The position numbers and the translations under genes were made by a program. Positions 1-11,489 of a DNA stretch of 64,000 bases are shown here, in pieces. Below the pieces are notes generated by a model. It was not told the origin of the DNA and made no database searches. It was given only the letters and a program-made list of their open reading frames with translations. This DNA is from Camelus dromedarius. Lineage: Eukaryota. Location: the NCBI RefSeq assembly GCF_036321535.1, contig NC_087436.1, forward strand, positions 81,532,001 to 81,596,000. The letters run 5' to 3'. How positions within the stretch are numbered: the stretch's first letter is position 1; every line of letters begins with the position of its first letter.

Positions 1-859
1 AGAGCTGCCTAGAAATTTGGTGAATGTTTACTGGGCACCTACTGAATGCCAGGCACTATTAAAGATGCTACAGGTGTAACTTTGATCTACTTAACAGGAT
101 AGCTAAGATGAATTCGCTACAAAACACACCTCCAGAAAATTAACTGGTCAGTTGCATATTATTTTAGTATTGTCATTTAGATACTGGAACGTATCCGCCA
201 ACAGTGGTGATTCTGCTTTTGGCACAAAAGACATTGAGCTATTCAGTCTTACAGTCATGACCAGCACACTGAATTGCTCGTGATGCCTCTCCAAGATTGT
301 GATATAAAGTCGGCAGAAACAATGCCTGCTATTCTGTTTGTTATGGCAGAAAGGCATGTGGTTAATCCATTTTAAATCTGAATCAAATGATCTACATATG
401 AGTTTTAAAGGCAGCAGATTTGAGACAAGACTTAACGACATTAAGGATTAGCTTTTGTTCTGTCCAGAGCATGTTTTCCCCATTCAATTTCTTGAAGTGT
501 TACTCTCTAAAGAGGACTGCAGTCTGGAATCTATATCACTTTTATATTGGTTGGCCTAGCAATGATCAATGGCGTATTACTGATCAGTAATGCAGTAAAA
601 ACTCTTAAGTCTTAAATTATGTTTAATCACTATTTTAAATTGTGTGAAAAAGCACGTTGTCATTGAAAATAGAGCAGGCACGGCTTCTGCCTGTCTGTTC
701 TTTATATATAAAGAAAGACAATGAGTACTGTTCGAATACCTGCTATGTACCAAGCCAGTATTAGGACCAGATACTGTTTTAGGTGTCTAATAAATCATTT
801 CATTCAAGACAGTATTCTCATTTTGCACTCGAGAGATCCTAGAGCGAGACTTCAGCAAA

Positions 860-961
860 GGGTAAGAACCTAACTTTTAACTAAGAATCCTTATAATGAG
901 GCCTTGGGCAAGCTTTTTACAATCTTAGTCTTAGTGTCCTTTTTATGGAATGAAGGTAATA
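860..961 (+). mobile_element. MIR SINE, 5'/core part (interrupted by Tigger1)
   Basis: gccttgggcaagc...tcttagtgtcctttttatggaatgaaggtaata resembles the MIR core. Confidence 0.6.
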
Positions 962-3275
962 CATGTATATATTGGAGATATTGTGAGTTTCATCCCAGAC
1001 CACTGCAATAAAGCGAGACACGTGAATTTTTTGATTTCCCAGTGCATATAAAAGTTACATTTACATTATACTGTTTTCTGTTAAGTGTGCAATATTGTAT
1101 CTTTAAAAAACCCTTAATTTAAAAATATTTTCTTGCTATTGACTTCAGTGAGTCATAATCTTTTTGCTGATGGAAGCTCTTGCCTGGATGTTGATGGCTG
1201 CTGACTGATCAGGGTGGTAGCTGCTGAAAGTTGAGGTGGTTGTGGAAATTTCTCAAAATAAGACAATGAAGTTCACCACATCATTTGACTTCCTTTCACA
1301 AACAATTTTTCTGTAGCATGTAATGCTCTCTGATAGCATTTTACCCACAGTAAAACTTCTTTCAAAATTGGACTCAATTCTTTCAACCCTGTTGCTGCTT
1401 TATCAGCTAAGTTTGTCATACCCTAAATTCTTTTTTGTATTTCAACAGTCTTCACAACATATTCACCAGAAGTAGCTTCCTCCTCAAGAAACCACTCTCT
1501 GCCCATCCATAAGAAGAAACTCCTCATCCATTAAAATTTTATCATGAGGTTGCAGCAATTCAGCCACATCTTCAGGCTCCACTTCAAATTTTAGTTCTCT
1601 TTCTATTTCCACCACACCTGCAGTTCCTTTCTCCACTGAAGTCTTGAACCCTTCAAAGTTATCTATGAAGGCTGGAATCAACTTCTTCCAAACTCCTGTT
1701 AAATTGATACTTTGATCTCTTCCCATGAATCACAAATGCTCTTAATGACATCTAGAATACTGAATCCTTTCCAGAAGGTGTTCCATTTGCTTTGCCCAGA
1801 TCCATCAGAGGAATCACTATGGCGGTTACGTTCTTATGAATGTCTTAGATAATAATACTTGAAAGTTGAAATTACCCCTTGATCTATGGGCTGCAGAATG
1901 GATGTTGTGTTAGCAGGCGTAAAAACAAACATTAATTTCACCATACTTCTCCATCAGAGCTCTTGGGTGACCAGAGGCATTGCCAATGAGCAGTAATATT
2001 TCAAAAGGAATTTTTCCTTCTGAGCAACAGGTCTCAACAGTGGATTTAAAATATTCAGTAAATCATGTTGTAAACAGATGTGCTGGCACCCCGGCTTTGT
2101 TGTTCCATTTACAGAGCCCAGGCAGAGTAGATTTAGCATCATTCTTTAGGGCCCTAGGATTTTAGGAATGGTAAATGAGCACTGGCTTCAGCTTAAAGTC
2201 ACCAGGTGGATTAACCCCTAACAAGAGAATCAGCCTGTCCTTTGAAGCTCTGAAGCCAGGCACTGACTTCTCCTCTCTAGCTATGAAAGCCCTAAATGGT
2301 GCCTTCTTTCCATAGAAAACTGTTTCGTCTGCGTTGAAAATTTGTTCTTCAGTTGTCACCACCTTCATGAATTACCTTGGTGAGATCTTCTGGATAACCT
2401 GCTGCAGCTTCTACATCAGCACTTGCAGGTTATGGAGAGTATTTCTTTCCTTAAACCTTATGAAACAACCTCTGCCAGCTTCAAACTTTTCTTCTACAGC
2501 TTTCTCACCTCTCTCAGCCTTCACAGAGTTGAAGGGAGAGGACCTTGCTCTGGATTAGGTTTTGGCTGAAGGGAATGTTGTGGCTGGTTTGATCTTCTAT
2601 CCAGACCACTAAAACTTTCTCCATGCAAGGATGTTTCACTTTCTTATCATTCGTGTGTTCACTGGGGTAGCACCTTTAATTTCCTTCAAGAACTTTTCCT
2701 TTGCTTTCACAACTTGGCTGTTTGGCACAAGAAGCCTAGCTTCTGGCCTATCTCAGCTTTCAACGTGCCTTCCCTCATTAAGCTTAATCATTTCTGGTTT
2801 TTGATTTAAAGTGAGATGACACATGACTCTTTCTTTCACTTGAATAGGTAAAGGCTTTTGTAAGATACTAATTGGCCTAACTTTAATATTTCTGTGTTTC
2901 AAGGAATAGGGAGGCACAAGGAGAGGGAAAGGGACAGGGGAACAGCTGGTCAGTGGAGCAGTCAGAACATATAACATTTATCAATTAAGTTCCTCATCTT
3001 ATATGGACACAATTCACTGTGCCCGAAAACACTTAGAACAGTCACATCAAATATCGCTGATCACAGAAATCATTGTAAATATAATAATGAAAAAGTTTGA
3101 AATACTGTGAGGACTACCAAAATGTGACACAGGGACACAAAGTGAGCATGCTACTGGAAAAATGGCACTAATAGAGTTACTCAATGCAACGTCGTCACAA
3201 ACCTTCAATTTGTAAAAAACACAGTTATCTGCGAAGTACAATAAAAGTGAAGCACAATGCCATGAGGTACGCCTG
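962..3275 (-). mobile_element. Tigger1 (TcMar-Tigger) DNA transposon, near full length, decayed
   Basis: Degenerate TIRs (catgtatatattggagatattg... / ...gaggtacgcctg) flanked by TA at both ends. Minus-strand ORF fragments 1484-1726, 2162-2368 ([36 protein letters not shown]) and 2753-2977 are pogo-type transposase remnants. Confidence 0.95.
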
Positions 3276-3415
3276 TAATCTACTTCTTTTGATTAGTGGG
3301 AAAGTTAAATGCGAACATCTATGTAAAGCTCTTAACACGGCATAAGCTTACAGGAAACTCTCAGCAAAGTTGATTGTTGCTATTACTACTACTGCTGCTG
3401 CTACTACTACTACTA
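3276..3415 (+). mobile_element. MIR SINE, 3' part, ending in (ACT/GCT)n tail
   Basis: aatctac...ttaaatg...atgtaaagctcttaacacggc...ctcagcaaag...gctattact continues the MIR consensus from the point of interruption. Confidence 0.6.
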
Positions 3416-3429
3416 TAGTTATCTGTAGG

Positions 3430-3720
3430 GGCCAAGTGACTACTTCTAGCCAAGGGACTACAAGCAGAAGTGGCAGGTGTCACCTAAATGCAGGGGCATT
3501 TGGAGGACGTACCTCCACAATCCACTGCTTTCCACACTCTGGGGTCTTAGCTGGACACCACAAGATAGCAATTCCTGAGTCACAAGATGGCAGAAGTCAA
3601 AATTCCTGTGTCACCAGATAGAGGAGATCCCTTACTAACCTGCCCTAGACTTTGTACAAAAGGAAATAAACTTTTGTTCTGATGAGTTACTGAGATTTGA
3701 GGCCTATACACTATTTCAGT
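3430..3720 (+). mobile_element. MaLR (MLT1-like) LTR fragment
   Basis: 3' motif gaaataaacttttgttctg...ttactgagatttgagg is typical of MLT1 ends. Confidence 0.5.
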
Positions 3721-5770
3721 ATGTTTCTCACTCAACAAATATTTATTTTGGTCTTACAATGTGCCAAGCAAAGTTCTAAGCACTGAAAATATAAAGCTCC
3801 TGTCCTCATGGAGCTTAATATTAAATTGTCCCTTACAGGGTCAAGCCTGGAATGCTGGCTTCATTATCACAAGGATCTAGCCTATCAAACTAAGCACCCT
3901 GAATTCTATACTTTTGATCTGCATATTCCCAATGTGTCCACAAGAAAGAAAGAAGAGTATAAAATAGGCAATAATAAGAAGTATTATTTAATCAAGATAG
4001 GACAAAATTTCCAGGTTAATAAATAATGGTTAATTTTTTAAAAATAGTTTCTCATGGTAAAAGCAAAAGATTGTGTTTCATCATAAGGAGAATAAAAAGT
4101 CATTTAGGAATCAAAATGTTTAAAGTGTGTTATCTGGATTTCACTGGACTCATCTCTAAAAATATGTCTTTGTATTTTTAGAAAGGAAAATGGGAGTTTA
4201 TCAAATGCTACATTTAAGAATATGGAACATTAAAGTCCTATTTTAATTTATACAATAAAGGACACTATTCTTAAATCCTATATGATATTATTATCATCCT
4301 ATCATTGCACAATTATAGATCTACTTGTACCTAATTTTAGTAATTACACATTCTCCAAAGTCTTGGTTTTCATCTCCTTAAATGTGTACTTTTGTAGCTG
4401 CTTGACCTTTTTAAAAATGAGTTAGAGATGTACAGAGTATATAATCAGTTAAATATTCACCTTCAGCGAAGATAAGCAAAAAGAAGAGTTGAATGACACA
4501 TTCCTGATTGGAACTCATCTTAGAACTCAGAATCAAAGAAGACACTATTCTTCTCAACCTACTGAAAAATTCAGCCTTTGCTGAGCATGCACCCCAACCT
4601 CAGATAAAACCAGTGCAGGAAAACAAAATTATCACAATATATTTTCCAAAGTCATAAGAAGAAGAACAGAATTAAAATAGTATATTTAAAGAATTAGTTG
4701 ATTTCTTAGGAATATTTATATAGATTAAAATGGAATCCACAAGTTAACCATACACTGAAAACCAGAGATAATTCTGGGATATTTCATAGCATGATTTTGA
4801 CAGATATAAATAATAACTTCATTTAATCTGATTAACACTTCAACCATAATTAAACTCACAATAGTAAGCTACATTTACATTTCAGGTTAAGATTATTCAA
4901 CAAAAAGTCAAGTCCAAACTTTGTGCTTCAAGCAAACCAAACACATACTCACAATAAACCAATATAGAGAAGTTCATCATTACAGAACCGAATCTTAGGT
5001 AGAACCTTTACATTTTTTGTTAGATAATCTTTAGTAGCACAATTGGATGTATTTATTAACTGGAATAATTACTTAATAAATCTTTAGGAAAAAACCTGTC
5101 CAAGGCATAAGAAATAAATATAACACTAAATTTACTCACTCTTTTGAAATTTGCTGAAGAGTTAAGTTTTCATTTATTTAGAACAGTCATCTTGGCTAGG
5201 AAAATTATTACATATACACAAAGAGTTATTTTGTTATCCAGACATCAGCATACTAAAACAAAATTTAGTTAATTAGTTAAGTTATCTGGTAATATTTTAT
5301 ATCTGTTATGAAAAATATTGCTTTAACTGGAAAAAACTCAACATGCTAAGTCTTGGCTATCATATCCAACAAGATGCTATATGAAAAAACAATAAGAACT
5401 CAAAAGATATTGAAGAATAATTTTGACAATAAGAAATCCACAACGAGACTGAGATTTCTGTCATATCCTCAGTAATATTTTAAACCTTATATATCACAAT
5501 TATCCTTCAGAATTTATATAAAGTCTTTTTTTTTCCCTACTGGTGACCAGTAGGAAATAGAATCTTAGGCTTCTTTGCATTTAATCATAGTATTTTGGTT
5601 CTTAGTTGCTACTCAGTTCAGTCAAAACCCTGGACAACTGATGGAGATTTCAAGAAGTTCATAATGGGACTAGAGAAAGACCTTCTAGTTTAATGGTTGA
5701 GATTTCCAGCTCCAGAATAAAACATAATTGGATTCTGTCTTGATAGTTAATGGTGTTGTAAAAATCAGAT

Positions 5771-6180
5771 ATTAAGTGAAGTAAGTCAGAGAAAGACAAG
5801 TATCATATGCTATTACTTATATGTGGAATCTAAAAAACAATGATACAAATTCTATTGACAAACCAAAACCAGACTCACAGACATAGAAAACAAACTATGG
5901 TTACCTAAGGGGAATGGGTGAGGAGAGGGATAAATGGGAGTTTGGGATTAACAGATACACATGTATATGTAAAACAGATGTACAACAAAGACCTACTTTA
6001 CAGCACAGGGAACTATATTCAATTTCTTGTAATAACATATAATGGAAAAGAATCCGAAAAAAATATATATGTATACGTATGTGTAACTGAATCACTTTAT
6101 TGTACACCTGAAACTAACATGGTAAATCAACTACACCTCAATAAAAAAATAAAATTAATTTTTTTAATTGAAAAAAGAAA
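5771..6180 (+). mobile_element. L1 3' end (cetartiodactyl type), 5'-truncated
   Basis: taagtgaagtaagtcag...cacagggaactatattcaa...ctgaatcact...aataaaa plus A-tail; candidate TSD aaaaatYagat on both sides. Confidence 0.9.
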
Positions 6181-6635
6181 AAAAATTAGATGAGGTAAAG
6201 TCTTAATGAAGTCTTCACACATAGTAAGCATTTGGTAAGTATTGCAGTGGTTTTTTTTTCTGACTAATTATTATTTAGCCCATAGTTACCACTGAGGTCT
6301 TTAATTCCAAGAGGAGTAGGTTTACTTTACGTTTATAAGCCTAGCCACTCTTTACTGTGCTTTAGACTAGACAGTGTGTTCTTTGAGGAGAGCAACTATA
6401 TTGCTCACTCTTATCCCTAATTTCTACAAGTTATAGATACATAAGATAGGTTCTTAGTAAAAATGTGCTGAATAAATGAACGATGGAATTAATCAGTAAT
6501 CAGCCTGTCAATGTGTAGGTATCTGCTTGCATAGAAAATGTAACAAAGGCATGATGAGTGTCTGTGTCATAGCCAAAAAGAAGTCCACTGAGCTCAGTCC
6601 CCTTATTTCTAGTGTTACTTAAACTCATAATTATT

Positions 6636-6815
6636 TTTGTTGTTGTTGTTTTTTAATTGAAGTATAGTCAGTTTACAATGTTGTGTCAGTGTCTGGTGTG
6701 CAGCATGATGTTTCAGTCATACATATACATACTTATATTCCTTTTCATATTCTTTTCATTACAGGTTACTACAAGATATTGAATATAGTTCCCTGTGCTA
6801 TACAGTAGAAACTCA
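6636..6815 (-). mobile_element. L1 3' end, short
   Basis: ttgaagtatagtcagtttacaatgttgtg...gaatatagttccctgtgctatacagtag; TSD ttaaactcRtaattRtt at about 6619 and 6817. Confidence 0.9.
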
Positions 6816-7879
6816 TTTAAACTCGTAATTGTTGATTCATTAATTTGAACCTTCTGTATCTCAGGCTTTCTGAAAATCAGGAAATCATTTCAAATAATTC
6901 ACAACCAACTCAAGCATTAGTAAACATCTACAGCAGACAATAACTTAACAACTTTTAGATAAATGTTGGGTTAACATTGACTTGTGATTAGCAGAATAAC
7001 CAAAATGCAATTAAATTTATCAATATAAATTATAAGGTGTTCAGATGTTGAGAAATTAACTTGATTTTGAAAGGGAAACAGATTTCTATTCAGGATGCAG
7101 TGTTTTTCTGAGTTTTTATTTACAGTATTTTACTTAAAAAGCATTTACTGAACATTTACCGAATTAAAATAGAATTCTGGGCTTGGAAGGCAAGAATGAG
7201 GATGCCCTGGTCCTGCCCCAGAGGCAGTCACCACAGAATGGGGAAAACACAAACCTGTAGAACCAAAGGTAACACATATCAGGATGTGGTAAATACTGTA
7301 GACACCAGCAGGTGTGCATGCAGTTTCCAACACAAAATATCTTTCTATGTATAAATTCCCTGGCTAAGACCCTGACTCATCTATTTAGTACAGCAGAGTT
7401 CCAAAATAGCACTCTTCACTGATTTTTTTTTAATTCATAAAGTGAAATTTAACAGCTCTACACTTCTTTGTTCAATAGAGGAAAGAAGATTAAGAAGGCT
7501 TACCTATTTCTCAGGAGAATCAAGAGTTTCTGCACTTTCAATTACCTGTTGGTCTATATTTTTGTAAAGGATTCATACAAGTGCAACCTAAAGATTTTTT
7601 TTATTGTCTAACATTACAAAGACAAGTTTCTCTCCAGAATATAACAAGAAACCTCTTGCCTACAAAAACTGCTTGCTGTTTAAAAAAAATAGATCAACAG
7701 GAGTAGCTAAAAAATTCAATGAATCCAATGTTCTTCAAATAATTCAACTAAGAAATAAAGTTAATACTACTACAGATAATGTACATATTTACTGTTAATA
7801 AGTAATTATCTGGGCAATTTTATTTTCTATATTTTCTATGATTTCTTACTGATAACAGTGAAAACCTTGGAAATATGAC

Positions 7880-8053
7880 ATGTTTTAAAGCCACAGATTA
7901 AAACTCAAGAGACCTGGAATCTGGATACACTTGGTCGTTAAGTCACAGATTAAGACTCAAGAGACCTGGAATCTGGATACATTTGGTTGTTAATGTTTTA
8001 AAGCCACAGATTAAGACTCAAGAGACCTGGAATCCGGATACACTTGTCGTTAA
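7880..8053. repeat. Tandem triplication of a ~51-62 bp unit
   Basis: Three near-identical copies of cacagattaaRactcaagagacctggaatcYggatacaYtt(g)gtYgttaa. Confidence 0.95.
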
Positions 8054-8884
8054 AGACAAGGTGGTCTTTGTGTATCGTCTGTGTGGCAAGAAGTTGGGAG
8101 CAACCTAACCCCTGCTGGAGATCATGTTAAACCCCACAGCATACCAACGATCCATGAGATGTCTCATGAAATGAGAAGCTTCCAAAGAATATAGTTTTAA
8201 AGTAAAACCAAAAAGAGAATTCTGCCTCTAAAAATAAATACACTATTTTCTTTAAATTGCTAGAATAGTAAATAAGGCATAGGGCTACAGGAAAAGAAAA
8301 AAATAAACATTGTTATCAAATAAAAATTCTATATGGAAAGTAAATAAAATGCTCTGAGTCACAACTAGAAATACTCTGTGTGCTATGATATTTTTAGTTT
8401 TTTTAAGTGATAGAATATGCATGTATATTTTCTGGGTGCTGAAAGCACATAGTGAGAAAAAAAAATCAAGAGTCATTAAGAAAGTTCATGCTTCATTTCT
8501 TCTCTGTATTCCTTTGCTTTAAAAGAACTCTTCCTAGAAATAGACATTCTGCATCTGTAACCAAATTCTGGGAGCTGATTTAAAAATAACTTCAACCTAC
8601 ATAAAAACTCTTTGGATTTAAAAAAATAGCTGAAGTGTTAAGATTTTTCCAATTGCTAGTTTTTAAAGTTCAGATTTAATTATGAAATACGTAAAATATA
8701 AACTTGTTTGTTTGTGGTTTGTTTAAGTGTTAGTGCCCATGGTAAATGGCAAGGATCATGGATGTAAGGAAATAGCTCAGTCATACAGCTTGCAAACGGT
8801 AAACCCAGATATTCTAACCAGAAATTCAGGTCTGCTCATTTTCCACCAGACCACAGTCACAGTTGCAATTGATTACATTAACCA

Positions 8885-10400
8885 AATACATCATTCATTC
8901 ATTCATTAAGCAAATATTTGGTGAGAGTCCACCATATGCCAGATACTATTGTTAGTGCTACAGTACAGCAGTGTGCAAAAGAGACAAAATCCCAACGATG
9001 TGCTGGTAATTGCTCAAAAACTGGCCGGGGGTGGCGGACAGAAGAGAACTTATCTGCAGCAATCGTTTATTTACATAATGTATATATTCCTATCATGACA
9101 GAGTTCAATCGACCAACCCAACATCCTTTAACTTAGAGCTGGGAAGAGATGTGCACAATCAACCCTTGTGAACCTGTGTGAGCCTATGTGTGCACACTGT
9201 TGAAAAAAATCCATGTCCAAGTGGAAAAAATGCATTCTAGCAGAGAGGGAGAAGCAAGAGATTAGTCACACATATAGTGTATCAGATACCAAAAAGCGCT
9301 ACGCAGGGGAAAAAGGAAAGGCAGGGAAGTTGGGTATGCAATGTGGGCTACGAAGGGGCAATTTTAAATAGGATAGTTACAAAAGACTCTCTTAAAATGA
9401 CATTTGAGCCAAGTCCTGAAGGTGGTGAAGGAATGGGCCAAGTGGATAATAAAGGAAGACCATTTCAGGGAGGTGTGTCTAGGTAGCTACATGGTTAAAG
9501 GCTTGCGTATTTATTTGAAGAATGTTTACCATAAGTGGGATGGGAAGACGTCTCACTTGATTGAATGGTTTTTCTGTTTTGTTTTGTTTCTAACCAAGAT
9601 GTGGCATGACCTCACTTATACTTTTCAAGTATCACTCTTGCTGATGTTTGAGAGCAAACCATTGGGGGTGAGCAAGTGTGGAAGCTCTTGCATTAATCCA
9701 GATGAGAGTTACGGTAGCTTGATCAGAATGGTAGAGGAGAGAATGGCAAGAAGTGGAGAGATTCCAGATACATTGTTAATGTAGAGCCAACAGAATTTGC
9801 TGACAGATTGGATGCCAAGTGTTGCCCAAAAGATGATTCTGAAGATTTTGTTCTAAGAAACGGAAAATATGGATCTAGCATTTACTGAATTAGAGCAAAG
9901 CAATTTTGGAGGGAAGGTCAAGGGTTTGGTTTGGGACATGTATCGTTTGATATGCCTACTAGACATCTAAGCTGAGATGTAGAACAAGCAGTTGGTAGAC
10001 GAGTCTGGCTTCAGGGAGAGGTTTGTGTTGGAGATAGAACTGTAGGAGTGTTCAACATATTGATAATATGTAAAACACTAGAACTCAGAGGGAGTACCAG
10101 AAGAGTGAATGTAAATTTATTTTAAATTTAGTTAGCTATTTAACAAAAACATTCCAGCACTGTTCTCGGTGTTCGGCAAGTACGAACTCACTTAATTCTC
10201 ATAAACCTAGAAGTTAGGTACTGAAACACAGTGAGGTTAACTAACTTGCCCAAGGTCATAAGCAAATGGCTAGTAAGTGTTAGATTTGTAATTTCTAACC
10301 AAGGCTGCTCAGATACAGAGTTCTTTTTAGAGAAGAGCAGTTATCTTAAGTCTGAGACTTTCGGCACTACATTTAGAGGTTGGGGAGATGAAGTAAATCA
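8885..10400 (-). mobile_element. L2 LINE fragment(s), interrupted by a MITE and a MIR
   Basis: cattcattcatt tail, gacatttgagc..., and tttgggacatgt..gtttgatatgcctactagacatctaag motifs of L2. Confidence 0.75.
8996..9199. mobile_element. MER63A-like hAT MITE
   Basis: Ends tgtgctggtaa... and ...gcacactg, with internal gagctgggaagagatgtgcaca. Confidence 0.6.
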
Positions 10401-11417
10401 GTAAATCCTGCTCATTGCATGCAACACGCTTTACTTTCCCACAGAAATTCTACTCTCAAGAAGAACAGATTGACCAATGTTTTCTCTCCCTTTGTACTTT
10501 TCTACATTTTCTATAGTAAGCACATATTACTTCTAGAATCAGAAAATATTGTATCAAAATAATAGAAGCTGTAGAGTTATTTTTTAAACCTTGTCTCAAT
10601 GGATGAATTTCATTCTCTGTCTACAGCCCAGCTCAGTGAGACGACACCATGAAAATCATTAGAGAAAAACCGAAGTGCTCTCTGCTTGGGGTATAAATAG
10701 AGTTACCATAAAATTTATTGGCCAAATAACAAACAATTTCTGAGTGTAAAAATGAGCACTATTAATTCTGTCATGATGTCAGGCTTAAGTGAGAACTACC
10801 TAAACATACGTATAGTAGGTACAGGTGCCCCAGGTACCCTATTTCCTAAGAACAGAGTTTGTGTGAATATAAGAGCAAAAGACTCTTATCTGGTCCATGC
10901 ACACCTCCTTCTTACTAGTGTTCACTGTAGGTGAAAGACACCTTTGTCATTACTGTTGTTCAGCCTTTTTACCAACTACTGGTTAGAACTGGGCATCAAA
11001 AAGCAAACTGAGCATCTCCTAGGGAAAATATTATGATACTTAGGTATCGGAGATACTCTACTTGGGGCTCATCTGTCGTTAGAATGAAAAGTAACATAGA
11101 ACTGAGCCATTTTGATGATTAAAACCACATTGCAAGGATCTGAAAATGACACTAACGATGTTAAATCTAATAAGACATCACTTCCTACAGTGATGAAATA
11201 CTATATTTAGAATTATTAAAAAGAATGCTCTTCATTCCTATTCTAACTTAAATGAACTGGGAAAGAAAAAAACACCTAGGTATCCACTTTTATTTCCTAA
11301 GCTACTTTTAATATTACATAAATACTAACTCTGGTGTGGAAATGTGCAAGATGGGATGGCAAAATGGAAATACAAGGGAATATACTGTACCTTGTTTTAC
11401 CTGTAAGGAACACACAC

Positions 11418-11483
11418 CTGACAAAAGGCAATTTTCACATCCAAGGTTGGTTCACTGCAGTAGTACAATAAATGGAGGCTCAT
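11418..11483 (-). CDS. MAPK10: MAPK10 (JNK3) first coding exon, coding part: MSLHLLYYCSEPTLDVKIAFCQ (JNK3-specific N-terminal extension)
   Basis: Manual minus-strand translation gives 22 codons matching the human JNK3 N-terminus as I recall it (MSLHFLYYCSEPTLDVKIAFCQ) at 21/22. Bounded by acceptor ttttttctatag|GTATTT-ATG and phase-0 donor CAG|gtgtgt. Confidence 0.96.
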
Positions 11484-11489
11484 AAATAC
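11484..11489 (-). other. MAPK10: 6-nt 5'UTR part (GTATTT) of the MAPK10 ATG exon; acceptor AG at 11491-11490
   Basis: Polypyrimidine tract cccctctttttttctatag immediately precedes GTATTTATG on the minus strand. Confidence 0.9.

Larger units (their letters stand above)
1..11417 (-). other. MAPK10: MAPK10 intron downstream of the ATG exon (next coding exon GFDKQ...MSKSK lies outside the window)
   Basis: I did not find sequence encoding the next JNK3 residues between 1 and 11417. The region is repeat-rich and non-coding. Confidence 0.8.

Noticed and set aside
148..441. 97-aa minus-strand ORF
   Set aside because: No similarity to JNK3 or any protein I recognise, and no clear splice signals. The length is expected by chance.
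1484..2977. Transposase-like ORFs as a functional TIGD gene
   Set aside because: Fragmented by stops and frameshifts inside a TIR-bounded Tigger1.
7880..8053. CRISPR-like array
   Set aside because: Head-to-tail repeats without unique spacers, in mammalian DNA.
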